NCBI GenBank assembly: GCA_963783885.1
Contig: CAWAPJ010000011.1
Coordinates: 1 to 48,923, forward strand
Direction of reading: 5' to 3'
Length of the DNA stretch: 48,923 nucleotides
DNA from: Waddliaceae bacterium
GTDB lineage: Bacteria; Chlamydiota; Chlamydiia; Chlamydiales; SLFE01
Positions 46,878 through 48,923 of the stretch are shown here, one piece after another (positions within the stretch are counted from its first letter, which is position 1; every line of letters begins with the position of its first letter). Below the pieces are notes generated by a model. That model did no database searches and had not been told where the DNA came from. It saw only the letters and a program-made list of their open reading frames with translations. A program made the position numbers and the translations under genes.

Positions 46878-48170
46878 ATGATTATTGATAATAATAAAAG
46901 AAGATTAGAATTTAATAAAAAAGAAGAAGCGGCGATTCAATCCCCTTTGAAAAGGGTAAAAATCGAAGAGATTGCCTGGCTGACTGCAAGAGACTGTATC
47001 CAAGCTGTAGCTCGAAGAAAGCTGGAAGGAGAGCTGAGCTCACTTCCCACCGCAGTGCATCTCTCTTCTCTTAAAGCTTTAGACATACCGTTTTCTGAGA
47101 GAATAGAGCGGCTGCTGGGAAGCATGACCAAGACCGAAAGATGCTGGTCAATGTGGCTTGAGATTCAGGAAAACCTCAATGTCTTTGTCCGCATTCATAC
47201 CAAAAACAAGCACGATTCCTTTTTCGACATCGAAGAGGCGAGGTCCAAGGTTTTGGGACTCAAAAAAGAAGTCTTTGATATTTCCATCTTCACCGAAGGT
47301 CAGCAGGAGCTGGTTTGTCAAAAAAAAGACGAGCTTGAGGAACCTCTAAAGGGAGAGATGACCAAACCTTACTGGCCTTTGATATCTCTGAAAGCCGATG
47401 CCGAAGGTAAAACTCTCGAAGTTGTCTGGATCCAGGGAGCGCGGGGATTTCACGGAGCGAGGCTCAGGGAGATCACCGAGCTTTTCATTCACCTCCTCGC
47501 CCCATCTCAAAAAGTTTATCTCGGAGACCAGGCGACGAAAAACGGTTATCTTATCAGACAATTTTATCCCCTCATCAAATCACCAGAAGAGCTCATAGCG
47601 GGACCGGGTTATTATGGTTCTTGGGGTTTTGTGCCTGCGAATTTATGGAGGATGAGGCCGACGCATGGCGCTCCTGTCTCTCAATCGCGCAATCTCTATT
47701 ATGCTGCCGTCCAACATTTGAGAAACCTCACCCTGGAAAAAGCGCGGATCATTTTACATGATAAACAGTCGAAAGAGGCATTTGCCATGATGGCCAAGCA
47801 TTATGGCCTTAAACCCGATGCTCCATTTTATCAGCTGATGAAGACCATTTATGAGGCTATGGTTTATCATCAAAGCGAAAGGGGAAAACAAGATTTTGAA
47901 TGGCTTGTTCGTAACCTGCTGACTCCCTATCCTATGAGGTTGAATCAGACAACTGGAAAAAGGCACTTTGAATTGGCATTAAGAGTGATTATCGATACGG
48001 AGATTTGGGAAATGGGGTCCTGCGAAGATGGAAGTAGAGGCTACCTGGCGTATTTGCTCTTATCTTCGGAGCCTTTTGAAACTTTAGTCAGAAAAGTTAA
48101 GAATCCCAGTCCCATCATAAAAAAAATGTTTGGAAATCCTACATTTGGCGAGTCTTTTTGGTTGGATTAA
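46878..48170 (+). CDS. Hypothetical protein with an NLS-like N-terminus, candidate effector
   Basis: 430-aa ORF; N-terminal KRRLEF...SPLKRVK; no signal peptide. Confidence 0.7.
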   Translation: MIIDNNKRRLEFNKKEEAAIQSPLKRVKIEEIAWLTARDCIQAVARRKLEGELSSLPTAVHLSSLKALDIPFSERIERLLGSMTKTERCWSMWLEIQENLNVFVRIHTKNKHDSFFDIEEARSKVLGLKKEVFDISIFTEGQQELVCQKKDELEEPLKGEMTKPYWPLISLKADAEGKTLEVVWIQGARGFHGARLREITELFIHLLAPSQKVYLGDQATKNGYLIRQFYPLIKSPEELIAGPGYYGSWGFVPANLWRMRPTHGAPVSQSRNLYYAAVQHLRNLTLEKARIILHDKQSKEAFAMMAKHYGLKPDAPFYQLMKTIYEAMVYHQSERGKQDFEWLVRNLLTPYPMRLNQTTGKRHFELALRVIIDTEIWEMGSCEDGSRGYLAYLLLSSEPFETLVRKVKNPSPIIKKMFGNPTFGESFWLD

Positions 48171-48923
48171 TTAATCTGGATGTTTTGCTTTTGCCTTCAA
48201 TCCTTCACCAATAACTCTTGCAAAAATGAGCCTTTCATATTTGAGAAAGCGTTCATTGATCAGATTATTGATTTCTTTTCGCGATCCGGATTCAAGAGTG
48301 ATAATTCGATGTTTTTCAAGACTGTCGTAAAGCGATATACTAGGTTCTTCTGTATCGTAACTTTTAATAAACTTAAGGGACTGAGTGGTTTTAAGCATTG
48401 CTGGAGGAAGATTGTCAAAAATAATCACATGTTTAACATTTTGATTTTTTTTAAGTGATTGAGCATTCCCACTATTTTTAGAATCTGCCTCAACTTGCAC
48501 AAATTGTAGAAAATGATGAGTCTTTGAATACTGCACGACATCCCTTAAGGAGAAAATTGGACAGCTCGTCGTATCATGCTGCCTTTTTCGTGAGTAAAGA
48601 TATAGTGTATAATTCTCTATATTAGTGTCACTCAGGGCTGTTTCGATATGTTCGCAAAGAGGGAGGGCATAGGGGCCCATAATTCCCATGCTATCGGTCA
48701 TAACTAATTGCAATTTTTGCTCTTCGCTCTCAATATATATGGGGGTTAAGTGCTGAATTCCTTGTTTAGGAAATTTCATAATAGCGCTCATAGCTGATCT
48801 GTTGGAATCTTCGACAAATGATTTGATGAGGGCTTTGAATTCTGATAAATTGGCGCAAACAGAACAGGGAATCTGCAGCGAACCTTTGCTCTTTAAGTAC
48901 TCAACTAAAATTTTAGTTCCCTC
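48171..48923 (-). CDS. YopJ-like (CE-clan) acetyltransferase/cysteine protease; 5' end outside the window
   Basis: The frame is open to the window edge (EGTKILVEYLK...). QHLTP (His), TDSMG (Asp), RQHDTTSCPIFSL (Gln...Cys), LPPAMLKTTQS. Confidence 0.7.
   Translation of the reverse strand, partial: EGTKILVEYLKSKGSLQIPCSVCANLSEFKALIKSFVEDSNRSAMSAIMKFPKQGIQHLTPIYIESEEQKLQLVMTDSMGIMGPYALPLCEHIETALSDTNIENYTLYLYSRKRQHDTTSCPIFSLRDVVQYSKTHHFLQFVQVEADSKNSGNAQSLKKNQNVKHVIIFDNLPPAMLKTTQSLKFIKSYDTEEPSISLYDSLEKHRIITLESGSRKEINNLINERFLKYERLIFARVIGEGLKAKAKHPD

Overview
This 48.9 kb window looks like the chromosome of an environmental Chlamydiota (Parachlamydiales-like) bacterium. The assignment rests on chlamydial-type gene order (phoH divergent from CT016- and CT017-like genes; hprK-ptsH-ptsI convergent with dnaX-ybaB) and on Cys-rich MOMP/Lpg1974-type porins. 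Housekeeping blocks (PTS, dnaX-ybaB, galE, HDIG phosphodiesterase, mlaEFD-yqgE) alternate with accessory DNA. The left edge carries a frameshifted 81-bp ankyrin array of the giant-virus 'HENGCPWDE' type, joined to a 5'-truncated M42 peptidase gene. Next comes a two-porin cassette bracketed by a duplicated peptidase 3' end, then a 3333-aa protein with an SF2/SecA-like (DUF3638-type) NTPase core. A lipobox-bearing rubrerythrin lies head-to-head with a His-rich DUF2231 membrane protein. Two inverted IS982-family copies flank phoH, and one separates phoH from a CIRCE operator. There is also a small palindromic repeat family and several candidate host-directed or exported enzymes (atypical kinase, caspase-like protease, NLS-bearing protein, YopJ-like enzyme). 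All calls come from reading motifs by eye; no database search was run.
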